This document shows positions 39,696 to 50,475 of a stretch of 64,000 bases of DNA, in pieces; the first letter of the stretch is position 1; the number at the start of each line of letters is the position of its first letter. The DNA is from Candidatus Latescibacterota bacterium (GTDB taxonomy: Bacteria > Latescibacterota > UBA2968). The stretch covers positions 3,040,001 to 3,104,000 of the forward strand of contig OZ242320.1 of assembly GCA_965208125.1 (NCBI GenBank), in the 5' to 3' direction. The notes beneath the pieces were generated by a model, which saw only the letters and a list, made by a program, of their open reading frames with translations, did not search any database and was not told the origin of the DNA. Both the position numbers and the translations under genes were made by a program.

Positions 39696-42600
39696 ATGGC
39701 GAGTAAAAACGAACAAATAAAAAAACGCAGATCGCGTAGAAAGCGGCCGAGTCCGATGTCGTCAGTGTGGTCGCTGCTGCCCGCGTGTATGCTCAAAGAT
39801 GGCATGGAGATTGCGCGGCAGTTGCGGCAAATACAGCGGCAAAAGCGGCGCGATACAACGCGGTTGAAGAAGCTGAAGGTGCAGGCGGAGCGGTCGGCGG
39901 CGTTGCGGAAAGACCGGGGGGAGAATCCGCTGCATCTGACGTATCCAGAAGCGTTGCCGATTACAGCGCGGAAGGATGAGATTGTCAGGGCGATTCGAGA
40001 ACATCCGGTGGTGATTGTGGCGGGTGAGACGGGGTCGGGGAAGACGACGCAGTTGCCCAAGATGTGTTTGGAGGCCGGTCGCGGTGTGGCGGCGAAAATT
40101 GCGTGTACTCAACCCCGGCGCGTGGCGGCATTGTCGGTGTCGCGGCGGATTGCAGAGGAGTTAAATGTCGCGTGGGGTGCTGAGGTGGGGTGCAAAATAC
40201 GGTTTAAGGATGAGACGGCGCCCGAGACGCGGATCAAGATGATGACGGATGGGATGTTGCTCGCGGAGATCCAGGGCGATCCGAATTTGTATGAGTACGA
40301 TACGGTTATTGTTGATGAGGCGCACGAGCGCAGTTTGAATATCGATTTTTTGCTGGGATATTTGCGCCTGTTGCAAAAGCGTCGCCCCGAGTTGCGAATC
40401 GTGATTACATCGGCGACGATTGATACGGAGGCGTTTTCAAAGGCGTTTGACAATGCGCCTATTATTGAGGTGTCCGGGCGGATGTATCCGGTGGATGTGC
40501 AATACTGGCCTCTGGAAGATCTCGCTGGGGAGACGTATATCGATGCGGCGGTGACCGCAGTGGATATGGTGGTTGATGCAGGGCGAGGCGATGTTCTGGT
40601 CTTTATGCCTACGGAGAAGGATATACACGAGACGCGCAGGCGTTTGGAGGGGCGACACTTCCGCTTTACAGAGGTTTTGCCGCTGTTTGGGCGGTTGACA
40701 GCGGGCGATCAGCAGAAGGTGTTTCACAAGCAGAGATATCGGCGCATTGTGGTGGCGACGAATATTGCGGAGACGTCGATTACGATTCCGGGGATTCGAT
40801 ATGTGATCGATACGGGGCTGGCGCGAATCAGCCGGCACAATCCGCGCAATCAGACGCATCGGCTGCCGGTGGAGGAGGTTTCTCAAAGCAGTGCCAGGCA
40901 ACGGGCAGGGCGGTGTGGGCGCGTGCAAAATGGGGTGTGTATTCGTCTGTACGATGAGAAGAGTTTTCTCGCGCGACCAGAATACACGCAGCCCGAGATT
41001 CAGCGGTCGGATTTGGCCGAGGTCATTTTGCGGATGATTGCGCTGCGGTTGGGCGATGTCGAGACGTTTCCGTTTATTGATCCCCCCCGTTCTCAGGCGA
41101 TTCAGGGGGGTTTTAATGTGTTGAGGGCGTTGGACGCGATTGATGATCACAAGCGTCTGACACCGCTGGGGCGCGATATGGCGCGTTTGCCGCTTGCGCC
41201 GACGGTATCGCGGATGATTTTGCAAGCGCGGAAAGAACGCGCTTTGCGCGAGGTGCTGGTTATTGCGTCGGCAATCAGCATTCAGGACCCGCGCGTGCGA
41301 CCGCTCGAGCAAGAGAAGGCGGCAGACCAGGAGCACCGGCGGTTTGTGGATGGAGAATCGGATTTTATCGCGTTGCTGAATATCTGGAAAGCGTATCACG
41401 ATACGTTTGAGAAATTGAGAACGCAGAGCCAGATGCGGAAGTTTTGCAAGCAGCATTTTTTGTCTTTTAATCGCATGCGCGAATGGCGCGACATTTATAT
41501 GCAGATTCGACACACTCTGCGCGAGATGGGCGATTTTCGGATGAATCGGGACGATGCGGGATACGATGCGATTCATCGGTCGGTGGTGAGCGGGTTGTTG
41601 GGCAATGTGGCGCAAAAGAAGGAAGGCAATATGTATCGCGCGGCGCGCGGGCGCGATGTGATGTTGTTTCCGGGGTCTGGTCTGTTTCAGCGGAAAGAGG
41701 GAAGAGAGAAAGACAAAAAGAGTACGCCTGGTTGGGTGGTGGCTGCGGAGGTGGTGGAGACGTCGCGTTTGTTTGCGCGCACCGTGGCTCGCGTACAGCC
41801 GTCGTGGTTGGTGGAATTGGGCGCGCATTTGTGCCGGGCGTCTTATAAGGAGCCGTTTTACAGCATGCGGTCGGGGCGGGTGCTGGCGACCGAGACTTTG
41901 ACGCTGCACGGTTTGCAGGTGGGGCAAAAGCGCGTGGGGTATGGAGGTGTAGATGCCAGTGCAGCGACGGAGATTTTTATCCGCGAGGCTCTGGTGAATG
42001 ATGAGGTGGCGTTGCCTTATGAATTTGTGGCGCAGAATCGGGATTTGCGCGCGCGCGTGGAAACATGGCAGATGCAACAGCGGTTGATGCAATTTCTGGA
42101 TCTGGACGAGGCTGCGTATCGGTTTTATGCCGAGCGATTGGAGAATATATCTTCTACGCACGATTTGAATCGCCTGATTAAGAGGAAGGGCGCAGATTTT
42201 TTGCTGATGTCCGAGAAGCATCTGGCGGGTGAGCAGGTGGATTTTGATCGGGATGCGTTTCCCAATTTTTTGGAGGTGGATGGCGAACGGGTGCCGCTTT
42301 CTTATGCGTATCGGCCCGGACAGGATCGGGATGGTGTGACGTTGCAACTGCCGTACAAGCTGGTGCATTTTGTACAGTCCGAAGTGCTGGACTGGCTGGT
42401 GCCGGGGTTGTTGGAAGAAAAGATCACGCATTTGTTGCGCGGGCTTCCAAAGAGTATTCGCAAGCGGTTTGTTCCCGTGCCGGATAAGGCGCGAGAGATT
42501 GCCGCGATTTTGCAACCGACGCATGGTGCGTTTTTGGATTCGCTGTCTGCCCATATTTTGAGTCATTATGGTATTGAGATTTCTCAAGGCGATTGGAATG

Positions 42601-43589
42601 TGCGCGATTTGCCGGAACATTTGCAGATGCGCGTGGAAGTTCGGGATGAGAAAGAGAAGGCGATTGTGGCAGCGCGGGATTTGCGCGTGTTGCGCGAGCA
42701 GTTAGATGCGCGCGAAGAAGATGTGCAGTCCGATGCGTGGGTGCGGGCGCAAAAGCAGGTGGCGCGCCGAGATGTGACGGGGCAGACGATAGGTGAATTG
42801 CCCGAGCGCGTAGAGGTGATGCAAGCTGGTGGGATGCCGGTGTTTGGCTATGTGGGGTTGAGGCGCGAGGGGGATCGCGTGGATGTGTGTTTGTTTAAGC
42901 GCGCAGACGAGGCAGAACGCGAGACTCAGGCGGGTTGGATGCGGTTGTGCGAGCGCGAAATGCGGGATGAGATGCGGGCGTTGAGACGGTCTTTGGGCGA
43001 TTTGGCGCAGTTTGAGGGCGGGCGCGAGGCTTTGCGCGAGGGCGCGTACGCAAATTTAATGGCGCATCTGTTCACGCGCGACACGGCGTTTCCCATCACG
43101 CGCCAGCGCTTTGATTCGCGCGTTCAACAGGCGCGGTTGTATTTGCAGCATCTGGCGCCGCAATTGATTCAGGCGATGGAATCGCTGTTTGAAACGCATC
43201 GAGAAATTCGCCTGTTGCGCAGTGGATATCCCGAGATGGAGGCCGATCTCGCGCGTTTGATGCCGACGGATTTTTTGCGACAAACGCCTTATGATCAGGT
43301 GTTGCATTTGGGTCGGTTTTTGAAGGCGATTGTGATACGGGCCGAACGCGCGATGCTCGATCCTATGAAGGACCGACAAAAGGCCGAGCAGGTTCAACCC
43401 TTTCAAGATGCGGTGGATGAATTGATGGATTCGGAGTTGACGGGGGCGAAGCGCGATGCCGTGCAGGCGTTGCGGTGGATGGTCGAGGAGTTTCGGGTGT
43501 CGGTTTTTGCACAGGAACTCGGTACGGCGCAAAAGGTGTCGCCAAAGCGATTGTACGATAAATTGGAGCAGGTGAGAGGGATGGCGTAG
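39696..43589 (+). CDS. hrpA: ATP-dependent RNA helicase HrpA
   Basis: GETGSGKTTQLPK, DEAHER, SAT, QRAGRCGR; C-terminal EEFRVSVFAQ. Confidence 0.96.
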   Translation: MASKNEQIKKRRSRRKRPSPMSSVWSLLPACMLKDGMEIARQLRQIQRQKRRDTTRLKKLKVQAERSAALRKDRGENPLHLTYPEALPITARKDEIVRAIREHPVVIVAGETGSGKTTQLPKMCLEAGRGVAAKIACTQPRRVAALSVSRRIAEELNVAWGAEVGCKIRFKDETAPETRIKMMTDGMLLAEIQGDPNLYEYDTVIVDEAHERSLNIDFLLGYLRLLQKRRPELRIVITSATIDTEAFSKAFDNAPIIEVSGRMYPVDVQYWPLEDLAGETYIDAAVTAVDMVVDAGRGDVLVFMPTEKDIHETRRRLEGRHFRFTEVLPLFGRLTAGDQQKVFHKQRYRRIVVATNIAETSITIPGIRYVIDTGLARISRHNPRNQTHRLPVEEVSQSSARQRAGRCGRVQNGVCIRLYDEKSFLARPEYTQPEIQRSDLAEVILRMIALRLGDVETFPFIDPPRSQAIQGGFNVLRALDAIDDHKRLTPLGRDMARLPLAPTVSRMILQARKERALREVLVIASAISIQDPRVRPLEQEKAADQEHRRFVDGESDFIALLNIWKAYHDTFEKLRTQSQMRKFCKQHFLSFNRMREWRDIYMQIRHTLREMGDFRMNRDDAGYDAIHRSVVSGLLGNVAQKKEGNMYRAARGRDVMLFPGSGLFQRKEGREKDKKSTPGWVVAAEVVETSRLFARTVARVQPSWLVELGAHLCRASYKEPFYSMRSGRVLATETLTLHGLQVGQKRVGYGGVDASAATEIFIREALVNDEVALPYEFVAQNRDLRARVETWQMQQRLMQFLDLDEAAYRFYAERLENISSTHDLNRLIKRKGADFLLMSEKHLAGEQVDFDRDAFPNFLEVDGERVPLSYAYRPGQDRDGVTLQLPYKLVHFVQSEVLDWLVPGLLEEKITHLLRGLPKSIRKRFVPVPDKAREIAAILQPTHGAFLDSLSAHILSHYGIEISQGDWNVRDLPEHLQMRVEVRDEKEKAIVAARDLRVLREQLDAREEDVQSDAWVRAQKQVARRDVTGQTIGELPERVEVMQAGGMPVFGYVGLRREGDRVDVCLFKRADEAERETQAGWMRLCEREMRDEMRALRRSLGDLAQFEGGREALREGAYANLMAHLFTRDTAFPITRQRFDSRVQQARLYLQHLAPQLIQAMESLFETHREIRLLRSGYPEMEADLARLMPTDFLRQTPYDQVLHLGRFLKAIVIRAERAMLDPMKDRQKAEQVQPFQDAVDELMDSELTGAKRDAVQALRWMVEEFRVSVFAQELGTAQKVSPKRLYDKLEQVRGMA

Positions 43590-43592
43590 TTT

Positions 43593-45371
43593 ATGAGTCT
43601 CAATTTTTTTAAACCCTTTGCGGAGTATGTGTATCCCCATCGATGGAAGATTTTCTGGGGATTGGTGCTGTTGCTGGGTACGCAGGTGGTTCAGGCGCTC
43701 GTTCCGTTGTTGATGAAATGGGCGATTGATACGGCTAAAGCGGGGCTGGATGCTGGAGATCTTACAGGCGATGTGGTCGATACAATCACGGGCAGCCCGA
43801 TGGGCGATTTGCAGATGTACGGGGCGCTCATGGTTGCACTTGGCATCGCGCAATGGGGCATGTCATTTGGGATGCGCTGGTTTATTGCCAGTGCGTCTCG
43901 TTTTATAGAGCGCGATATTCGCACGATTTATGTGCGACATATTGTGCGGCTACCGCTGAGTTTTTTTCAGGCGCAGCGCGTGGGCGATTTAATGGCGCGG
44001 GCGACCAATGATGTGGAAGCGATTCAGCGGTTTTTTTATTTTGCGTATCGCCTGTCGCTACAGGCGGTTTTGAGTTTTGTGCTTAGTCTCATTTTGATGT
44101 GCATCATTGACTGGCAGTTGGCTCTTTTGGCACTGGCTCCTATGCCCGTGATGGCTTTTTGTGCTCGGTGGGTCGGGCAAAAGGTGCGCGTGGGATACCG
44201 CCGGGTTCAGGAACAATTTGCCGCTGTCAGTTCAAAAATTCAGGAGAATTTGACGGGTATGCGAATGGTCAAAGCCTTTGCCATGCGCCCGCTCGAGATT
44301 GTGGATTTCGGGATTCTCAATGAAGAATACGTCACGCGCAATCGCCATTTGATTAAAATCCGCAGTCTGTATTATCCGTTCACGTTTTTGTTGAGCGGTG
44401 TTTCTATGATTGTGATTTTGTGGCTGGGCGGTCTGCGGGTGATTGAGGGGAGTTTGAGTCTGGGGGCATTTGTGGCGTTCAATGCGTATTTGCTGCGTAT
44501 GAGTCGCCCGATGTCGATGTTGGGGCGAATTGTCGATGAGTATCAACGCGCTGTGGCTTCGCTGAGGCGTATTGAAGAGGTTTTGAAAATATCGCCGCAA
44601 CCCGATGTGAAGGGTGGTACAACAGATGGTATCACGGGGGAGATCGAGTTTCGCAACGCAAATTTTTCGTACAATGGTCGGCGCGTGCTCAAAGATATCA
44701 ATCTTCGGATTCCAGCGGGGAGTACGCTTGCCGTGGTGGGACGCGTGGGTTCGGGAAAATCCACGCTGGCGCGGTTGATCCCCAGGTTGATTCAGGCGAA
44801 TGAGGGACAGGTTTTGATCGATGGCAAGCCGGTGGAAGATATACCGCTTCAGACCATTCGTGACGCGACCGGATATGTGCCGCAGGATGCTTTTTTGTTT
44901 TCGGATACGATTCGGGAAAATGTGGCTTTGGGCACGCGGGCAGAGGGCGATGTTGCGCGCGCGACCGAGATTTCGCAATTGGCTCCGGATTTGCACCTTT
45001 TTCCCGAGCACCTGGAGACGATTGTGGGAGAGCGAGGGGTCACGCTTTCGGGGGGACAAAAACAGCGCACGGCAATTGCGCGTGCGGTGATCCGGGAGCC
45101 GCGGATTCTGATTATGGACGATGCTTTGGCCAGCGTGGATACGCGGACTGAAGAAGAGATTCTCAAACATTTGCGCGAAATTATGGCTTCGCGTACGACG
45201 ATTTTGATTGCCCATCGCATTTCGACTGTGAAAGATGCCGATCATATTATTGTGCTGGATGAGGGGCGCATTGTAGAGCAGGGGTCACACGACGATTTGG
45301 TTGAGCACGATGGGATTTATGCAGATATGTTTCGACGCCAGCATCTGGCTCAAGAATTGGAAATATTGTAA
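43593..45371 (+). CDS. ABC exporter subunit (TMD+NBD, MdlA-like)
   Basis: GRVGSGKS, LSGGQKQR, DD Walker B. Confidence 0.92.
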   Translation: MSLNFFKPFAEYVYPHRWKIFWGLVLLLGTQVVQALVPLLMKWAIDTAKAGLDAGDLTGDVVDTITGSPMGDLQMYGALMVALGIAQWGMSFGMRWFIASASRFIERDIRTIYVRHIVRLPLSFFQAQRVGDLMARATNDVEAIQRFFYFAYRLSLQAVLSFVLSLILMCIIDWQLALLALAPMPVMAFCARWVGQKVRVGYRRVQEQFAAVSSKIQENLTGMRMVKAFAMRPLEIVDFGILNEEYVTRNRHLIKIRSLYYPFTFLLSGVSMIVILWLGGLRVIEGSLSLGAFVAFNAYLLRMSRPMSMLGRIVDEYQRAVASLRRIEEVLKISPQPDVKGGTTDGITGEIEFRNANFSYNGRRVLKDINLRIPAGSTLAVVGRVGSGKSTLARLIPRLIQANEGQVLIDGKPVEDIPLQTIRDATGYVPQDAFLFSDTIRENVALGTRAEGDVARATEISQLAPDLHLFPEHLETIVGERGVTLSGGQKQRTAIARAVIREPRILIMDDALASVDTRTEEEILKHLREIMASRTTILIAHRISTVKDADHIIVLDEGRIVEQGSHDDLVEHDGIYADMFRRQHLAQELEIL

Positions 45372-47125
45372 TGGAAGAAGAGGAAATTGGTCATAAGGGT
45401 TTTGATCTGCGTTTGATGGCGCGGTTGATGAACTTTCTCAGGCCCTACGCCTGGTGGGTTGTTCTCACGTTTGTGCTCATCATTGTCGCATCGGTTGTGC
45501 GGCAGGCCGGGCCTTATTTGACCAAGATTGCGGTGGATGATTATATCGTGCCGGGAGATGTGGATGGGTTGACCTATCTGGTCATGATCTATGTCGGTTT
45601 GCTTGTCGCGCAATTTGGCGTGGGGTATTGCCAGAGTTGGACGACCAATATGATCGGGCAATGGGCTATGCACGATGTGCGGTTGCAGATTTTTATGCAT
45701 TTGCAGCGGTTGCCCATGCGATATTTCGACCGCACGCCTGTGGGCCGTTTGATGGCGCGCAATACAAATGATGTGGATGCCCTCAACGAGTTGTTTACCG
45801 ATGGCATTGTGTCGATGATCAGCGATATTTTTACGATTATCACGATTCTCGCATACATTTTTTATATGGATGTCACGCTCGGTTTGATGATCTGTCTCGC
45901 ATTGCCGGTGGCTTTTGTCGCAACCGTGTGGCTTCAGAATAAGACCTTTTTTGCGTATCGCGTTGCGCGCACGCTGTTCGCGCGATTTAGTTCTTCGTTG
46001 CAGGAGACCGTGTCCGGGATGGAGGTGGTGCAGTTATTCGGTTGCGAAGATCGCTGTGTGAAGCGGTTTGAAGATCCGAATAAAGAGTATCTGGATGCGC
46101 GGCTAAAGAGTACGTATTACCATGCGATTTATTTTCCGATTATGGAGTTGGGCGGTGTTTTGTTGTCTGCATTGGTGTTGTGGTATGGCGGCGCGCGCGT
46201 GCTGGACGAGGAGATCCAGTGGGGCGTGCTCGTGGCGATGTTGCAGTATGTTCCGCGGTTTTTTATGCCTCTCCGCGATATTGCCGATCGCTTTACCGTG
46301 CTTCAGGTTGCAATGGCGTCTTCAGAGCGCATTTTTGAATTGCTGGATGCGGAGCCTGAATCGCCTGGTGGCTCTGTGACGGCCGATCATCTGAAGGGTG
46401 AGATCGAGTTTCAAAATGTCTGGTTTGCGTACAATGAAGGCGAATGGGTGTTGCGCGGTGTGTCTTTTCGCGTTGCGCCAGGGCAGAGTTTGGCATTGGT
46501 CGGGGCAACGGGCGCGGGTAAGAGTACGGTGATTGGTCTGGTGTGTCGGTTTTACGATATTCAGCGGGGTGCGATTCTGGTAGATGGTGTCGATATTCGC
46601 GAGTGGGATGTCGAGGAGCTTCGCAGGCGCATTGGGGTTGTGCAACAGGATGTTTTTCTTTTTGCTGGCGATATTGAAGCCAATATCGGTCTGGGACATC
46701 CGCGCATTAGCCGCCAGGAGATTGAGCAAGCCGCACGGGATGTAAATGCGGACCGGTTTATCGATAAATTGCCCGATACCTATCAGCACGATGTGCAGGA
46801 GCGGGGGAGTTCGCTTTCGGTCGGGCAGCGTCAGTTGATATCTTTTGCGCGTACGCTGGCTTCTGGACCGGATATTCTCATTCTTGATGAGGCGACGGCG
46901 AATGTGGATACGGAGACCGAGATGTGGATTCAGGATGCGGTGGCAAAATTGATGCGGTCGCGGACTTCGATTGCGATTGCACACCGTCTTTCTACTATTC
47001 GAAATGCGGATAATATTCTGGTGATGCACCGCGGTCAAATCCGCGAGGAAGGCGACCACGATACGCTGCTCAAGCAGAATGGGATTTATGCCCGGCTTTA
47101 TCAGTTGCAGTATCAAGAGGAATAG
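45371..47125 (+). CDS. ABC exporter subunit (TMD+NBD, MdlB-like)
   Basis: GATGAGKS, LSVGQRQ, DEATA; translationally coupled to the upstream gene. Confidence 0.92.
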   Translation: MEEEEIGHKGFDLRLMARLMNFLRPYAWWVVLTFVLIIVASVVRQAGPYLTKIAVDDYIVPGDVDGLTYLVMIYVGLLVAQFGVGYCQSWTTNMIGQWAMHDVRLQIFMHLQRLPMRYFDRTPVGRLMARNTNDVDALNELFTDGIVSMISDIFTIITILAYIFYMDVTLGLMICLALPVAFVATVWLQNKTFFAYRVARTLFARFSSSLQETVSGMEVVQLFGCEDRCVKRFEDPNKEYLDARLKSTYYHAIYFPIMELGGVLLSALVLWYGGARVLDEEIQWGVLVAMLQYVPRFFMPLRDIADRFTVLQVAMASSERIFELLDAEPESPGGSVTADHLKGEIEFQNVWFAYNEGEWVLRGVSFRVAPGQSLALVGATGAGKSTVIGLVCRFYDIQRGAILVDGVDIREWDVEELRRRIGVVQQDVFLFAGDIEANIGLGHPRISRQEIEQAARDVNADRFIDKLPDTYQHDVQERGSSLSVGQRQLISFARTLASGPDILILDEATANVDTETEMWIQDAVAKLMRSRTSIAIAHRLSTIRNADNILVMHRGQIREEGDHDTLLKQNGIYARLYQLQYQEE

Positions 47126-47156
47126 GGGATCGTTCTTTATTTTAAGGAGGTACACC

Positions 47157-48038
47157 ATGCTGTTCGGAGAAGGCGATTATCGGTACGAGGAAGTTGAGGG
47201 TTGGGCGAAGTTGCCCGAGGGATGGGTGTTTACACAGGTGTCGGATGCTGCGGTGGATTCACAGGGCCGCATTTACGCCTTTACGCGCGGGATTCATCCC
47301 GTGGTCGTGTTTGATAAGGATGGCAATTTTATTACGTCGTGGGGGTATGGCGATTTTGGTATTTCGCCGAATTTGATCAGTCAGTCACACGGTATTTTTA
47401 TCGATCCGGACGATAAGGTGTTTTTGACCGATTCGTTTCAGCATATTGTCAGGCGTTATACCCGTTTGGGCGAATTGGAGCGCGAATGGGGCAATCGCGG
47501 GGTTCCGGGTCCGACGTTTCACCGCAGGGAATACAATATGCCTACGGGTGTTGCTTATGCGCCAGATGGCAATTCGTTTTACGTGTCGGATGGGTATGGC
47601 AGCCGGTGTGTTCACAAGTATTCGCGCGAGGGCGAGCATATCGGGGTGTGGGGCGAAGGGGGGAGTGGACCGGGGCAGTTTGCATTGGTACACAATATTG
47701 GATGCGATAAGACCGGGCGGGTTCTGGTGTGCGACCGGGAGAATAGCCGCATTCAGATTTTTGATCCAGATGGCAAGTTTATGGAGATGTGGACCGATGT
47801 GATGATGCCGGGCGATGTGTGGATTACGGATGACAATACGATTTATGTGGCAGAGCAAGGGGGCGGGGGACGCATCAGTGTGTGGTCTGCTGATGGGGAA
47901 TTGATTTGCCGCTTTCAAGATCAGAGTGCTGTGCAGTCGCCGCACGGGCTTTGCGTGGATGACGAGGGTAGTATTTATGTGGCTGAGATCGGTATGGGTG
48001 GACAGGGACAGCGGTTGCAAAAATTTGCGAGGGTTTAG
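47157..48038 (+). CDS. NHL-repeat protein (peptidyl-alpha-hydroxyglycine lyase-like)
   Basis: SHGIFID, VSDGYG, DRENSRIQ, PHGL; SD AAGGAGG. Confidence 0.85.
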   Translation: MLFGEGDYRYEEVEGWAKLPEGWVFTQVSDAAVDSQGRIYAFTRGIHPVVVFDKDGNFITSWGYGDFGISPNLISQSHGIFIDPDDKVFLTDSFQHIVRRYTRLGELEREWGNRGVPGPTFHRREYNMPTGVAYAPDGNSFYVSDGYGSRCVHKYSREGEHIGVWGEGGSGPGQFALVHNIGCDKTGRVLVCDRENSRIQIFDPDGKFMEMWTDVMMPGDVWITDDNTIYVAEQGGGGRISVWSADGELICRFQDQSAVQSPHGLCVDDEGSIYVAEIGMGGQGQRLQKFARV

Positions 48039-48072
48039 AGTTTTTAAGTAATCACAATATAGGGAGGGGTTT

Positions 48073-48816
48073 ATGGCTACACCAAATCGCATTCTCGAGC
48101 GTTATCGCAATGGCGAAAAAGCCGTTGGCGTGCAGATGAGTTTTGTTTCAGAAATTGTGATCGAAGTGGCGGCTAAGATGGGGATGGATTTTATTTCGCT
48201 GGATGGGCAGCACGGCGCATTGACGCTGCCGACTATTGAGACGGTCTGTCGCCTTTGCGATGCCTATGGTATGACGCCCACTATGCGGGTTGTGGATCAG
48301 TCTGAGGCGGCTATTTTGACGGCGCTGGACCGGGGTATGCAGATGATTACGGTGCCCAATTTGCAGACTGCTGAAGAGGCTGAGCGGATTGTCCAGTTTG
48401 GTTTTTACGGGCCTTTGGGTCGGCGGAGCGCGATGAGCCAGCGCGTGGCTTATGGTTTGAACGATACCAGTGATAGTCGGAAGATTTTTGAGTTTACAAA
48501 TGACAATACCATTATTGTGCCGCAGCTCGAGAGCAAGACGGCTTTTGACAATTTGGATGAGATTCTTCAGGTTGATGGGCTTATGTTTTTTGCGGGTGGT
48601 CCTCAAGATATTGCGCAGTCTATGGGGTATCCCGGAGAGCCGAATCATCCAGAGTGCATAGCGGCGTATGAGGCGGCGTGTGATAAGGTACGTGCGGCGG
48701 GGAAGCACATGAGTGGCGATGTGATGGTTAGTTTGGATGCCTTTGGGGCGATCTACGATGCGGGGAAGGCGTTGCTCGAAGCACACGGCCGCGAGTGTGG
48801 TATGAAGATTGGGTAA
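48073..48816 (+). CDS. HpcH/HpaI aldolase/citrate lyase family
   Basis: LDGQHG, QLE, GPQD. Confidence 0.85.
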   Translation: MATPNRILERYRNGEKAVGVQMSFVSEIVIEVAAKMGMDFISLDGQHGALTLPTIETVCRLCDAYGMTPTMRVVDQSEAAILTALDRGMQMITVPNLQTAEEAERIVQFGFYGPLGRRSAMSQRVAYGLNDTSDSRKIFEFTNDNTIIVPQLESKTAFDNLDEILQVDGLMFFAGGPQDIAQSMGYPGEPNHPECIAAYEAACDKVRAAGKHMSGDVMVSLDAFGAIYDAGKALLEAHGRECGMKIG

Positions 48817-48836
48817 AGATATCGGTGTACGATATT

Positions 48837-48930
48837 GTAGGGGCGGTGCCCCCGTGCCCGCCCGCTTGGTGGCAGGGTGGGGTTCGTCTATTCGTTGATT
48901 CGTTGATTCGCTGATTCGTCTATTCGTTTG
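48837..48930. repeat. GTAG-type REP hairpin followed by six tandem 8-mers
   Basis: GTAGGGGCGGTGCCCCCGTGCCCGCCC at 48837-48863; (TTCGTTGA-like) x6 at 48883-48930. Confidence 0.65.
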
Positions 48931-48934
48931 CGAG

Positions 48935-50350
48935 GTGCATTTGTCTAAGGCACAGGTTGCATCCGGGGAGGCAGAACCGCTGTCTCCTCGGGCGGCTCGG
49001 CGCGTGTTGATTAGCCTGATGTTTTCGTCTATGCTGATGCCTATGGTGGCTGGCATGTCGCGGGTTGCACTGCCGGTTATTCGGGATGATTTTGGGATTC
49101 CAGCAGATTTGACGGCGTGGGTTCTGGCAGCTTTTATGCTGCCTTTTGTCGTTTTGATGCCGATTTATGGGCGTTTGAGCGATGGCGTTGACCGGCGGTT
49201 GTTGATTCTGCTGGGGACTGTGATTTTTGGCGTTGGTTCTGCGATGACATTTCTGGCACCGAATATGCGCTGGTTGATGGCTGGCAGAGCGATTCAGGGT
49301 ATTGGCGTGGGGGGGATGACGCCGATGGGTATGGCGTTGCTTGTGTCGATTTTTAGTGCGGGAGAGCGCGGGCGCGTCCTGGGTACGTGGAGTGCGGTGG
49401 GACCGGCGATGAGTTTTTCGTCGTCGTTTGTCGCGGGTCTTCTCATTGCGCTTTGGGGGTGGCGCGCCGCTTTTGTGCCGGGGCTTTTGCTCAGTGTTGT
49501 GACTTTTGTCGCGATTTACAGGGGGGTGCCTTCTCAGGTGATTGGGGAGGCATCTAAATTTTTGCGGCAGTTTGATTGGGGCGGGGTCGGGCTGTTGTCG
49601 GGTGGGATTGTGTTTTTGATGTTTTATCTGTCCAGTCGGTCTGTGACGGGGGTTGCCCCGTTTGAGGATTGGCGATTGCTTTTGGGCGCGGGAGTGTTTT
49701 TCGCGGGTTTCTGGTGGTGGGAAAGAGGGCGGAGAGATCCTTTTCTTCCGCTCAATTTTTTTGGCAATCGCATGTTTTGCCGGGTGACGTTTTGCGCTTC
49801 GATGCGGATGTTTGTGCAGGGCGGTATTGGGGTGTTGATGCCGCTGTATCTGGTCGATGTTCACCGCATGGGGCCGGCACTGTTGGGCGTGTTTTTGATT
49901 ATTAGTTCTGCGGCGATGACGCTGATTGTGCGGTTTGGCGGGCAGATGTCCGATCGTTTTCAGAGTCGGTGGCTGGTGATGATTGGGATGTTTGTGCAGT
50001 TGACGGTGATGCTGGGCTTTGCCCATTTGTCCGATTCGATTTCGACATGGGTTATTGCTGGCCTACTGGCGTACTACGGGCTTGGGGCGGGGTTGATGCT
50101 GGCTGCATTGCACAGTACGGTTATGGGGACTGTCGATTCAGACCAGATGGGTGCTGCTGCAGGGCTTTATAGTATGTTGCGGTTTATGGGTATGGCGATC
50201 AGTACAGCACTGGTCGGGGTGGTGTTGCAGTTTTTCTTCGATGCAAATCTGGCTACACTCGACGCGTACCAGAAGGTGTTTATGGTGCTTGCGATATTTC
50301 CCGTTCTGGGGATGATGGTGGGGTTTGGGTTGCGAGAAAATAGGGGATGA
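48935..50350 (+). CDS. MFS transporter (DHA2-like)
   Basis: GRLSD..DRR, GRAIQGIG, ERGRVLG; about 14 TM helices. Confidence 0.9.
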   Translation: MHLSKAQVASGEAEPLSPRAARRVLISLMFSSMLMPMVAGMSRVALPVIRDDFGIPADLTAWVLAAFMLPFVVLMPIYGRLSDGVDRRLLILLGTVIFGVGSAMTFLAPNMRWLMAGRAIQGIGVGGMTPMGMALLVSIFSAGERGRVLGTWSAVGPAMSFSSSFVAGLLIALWGWRAAFVPGLLLSVVTFVAIYRGVPSQVIGEASKFLRQFDWGGVGLLSGGIVFLMFYLSSRSVTGVAPFEDWRLLLGAGVFFAGFWWWERGRRDPFLPLNFFGNRMFCRVTFCASMRMFVQGGIGVLMPLYLVDVHRMGPALLGVFLIISSAAMTLIVRFGGQMSDRFQSRWLVMIGMFVQLTVMLGFAHLSDSISTWVIAGLLAYYGLGAGLMLAALHSTVMGTVDSDQMGAAAGLYSMLRFMGMAISTALVGVVLQFFFDANLATLDAYQKVFMVLAIFPVLGMMVGFGLRENRG

Positions 50351-50475
50351 AATACGTCAATCATCACTCAATAGCCAAGGTTATATACGATAGTTAAAGA
50401 CTTGACGCTGTAGATAAAAAAAAGCCTCCAATTAAAAGGGGGTTATGTAGGATAGTGACCGGGCATATAGAGGCT

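Noticed and set aside
40437-42620. 727-aa minus-strand ORF (likewise 44232-45245 and 48920-50026)
   Set aside because: Antisense to hrpA, the ABC gene and the MFS gene; no motifs and biased composition.
48883-48930. Possible CRISPR array
   Set aside because: Contiguous 8-mers without spacers; no cas genes or repeat-spacer array seen anywhere in the window.
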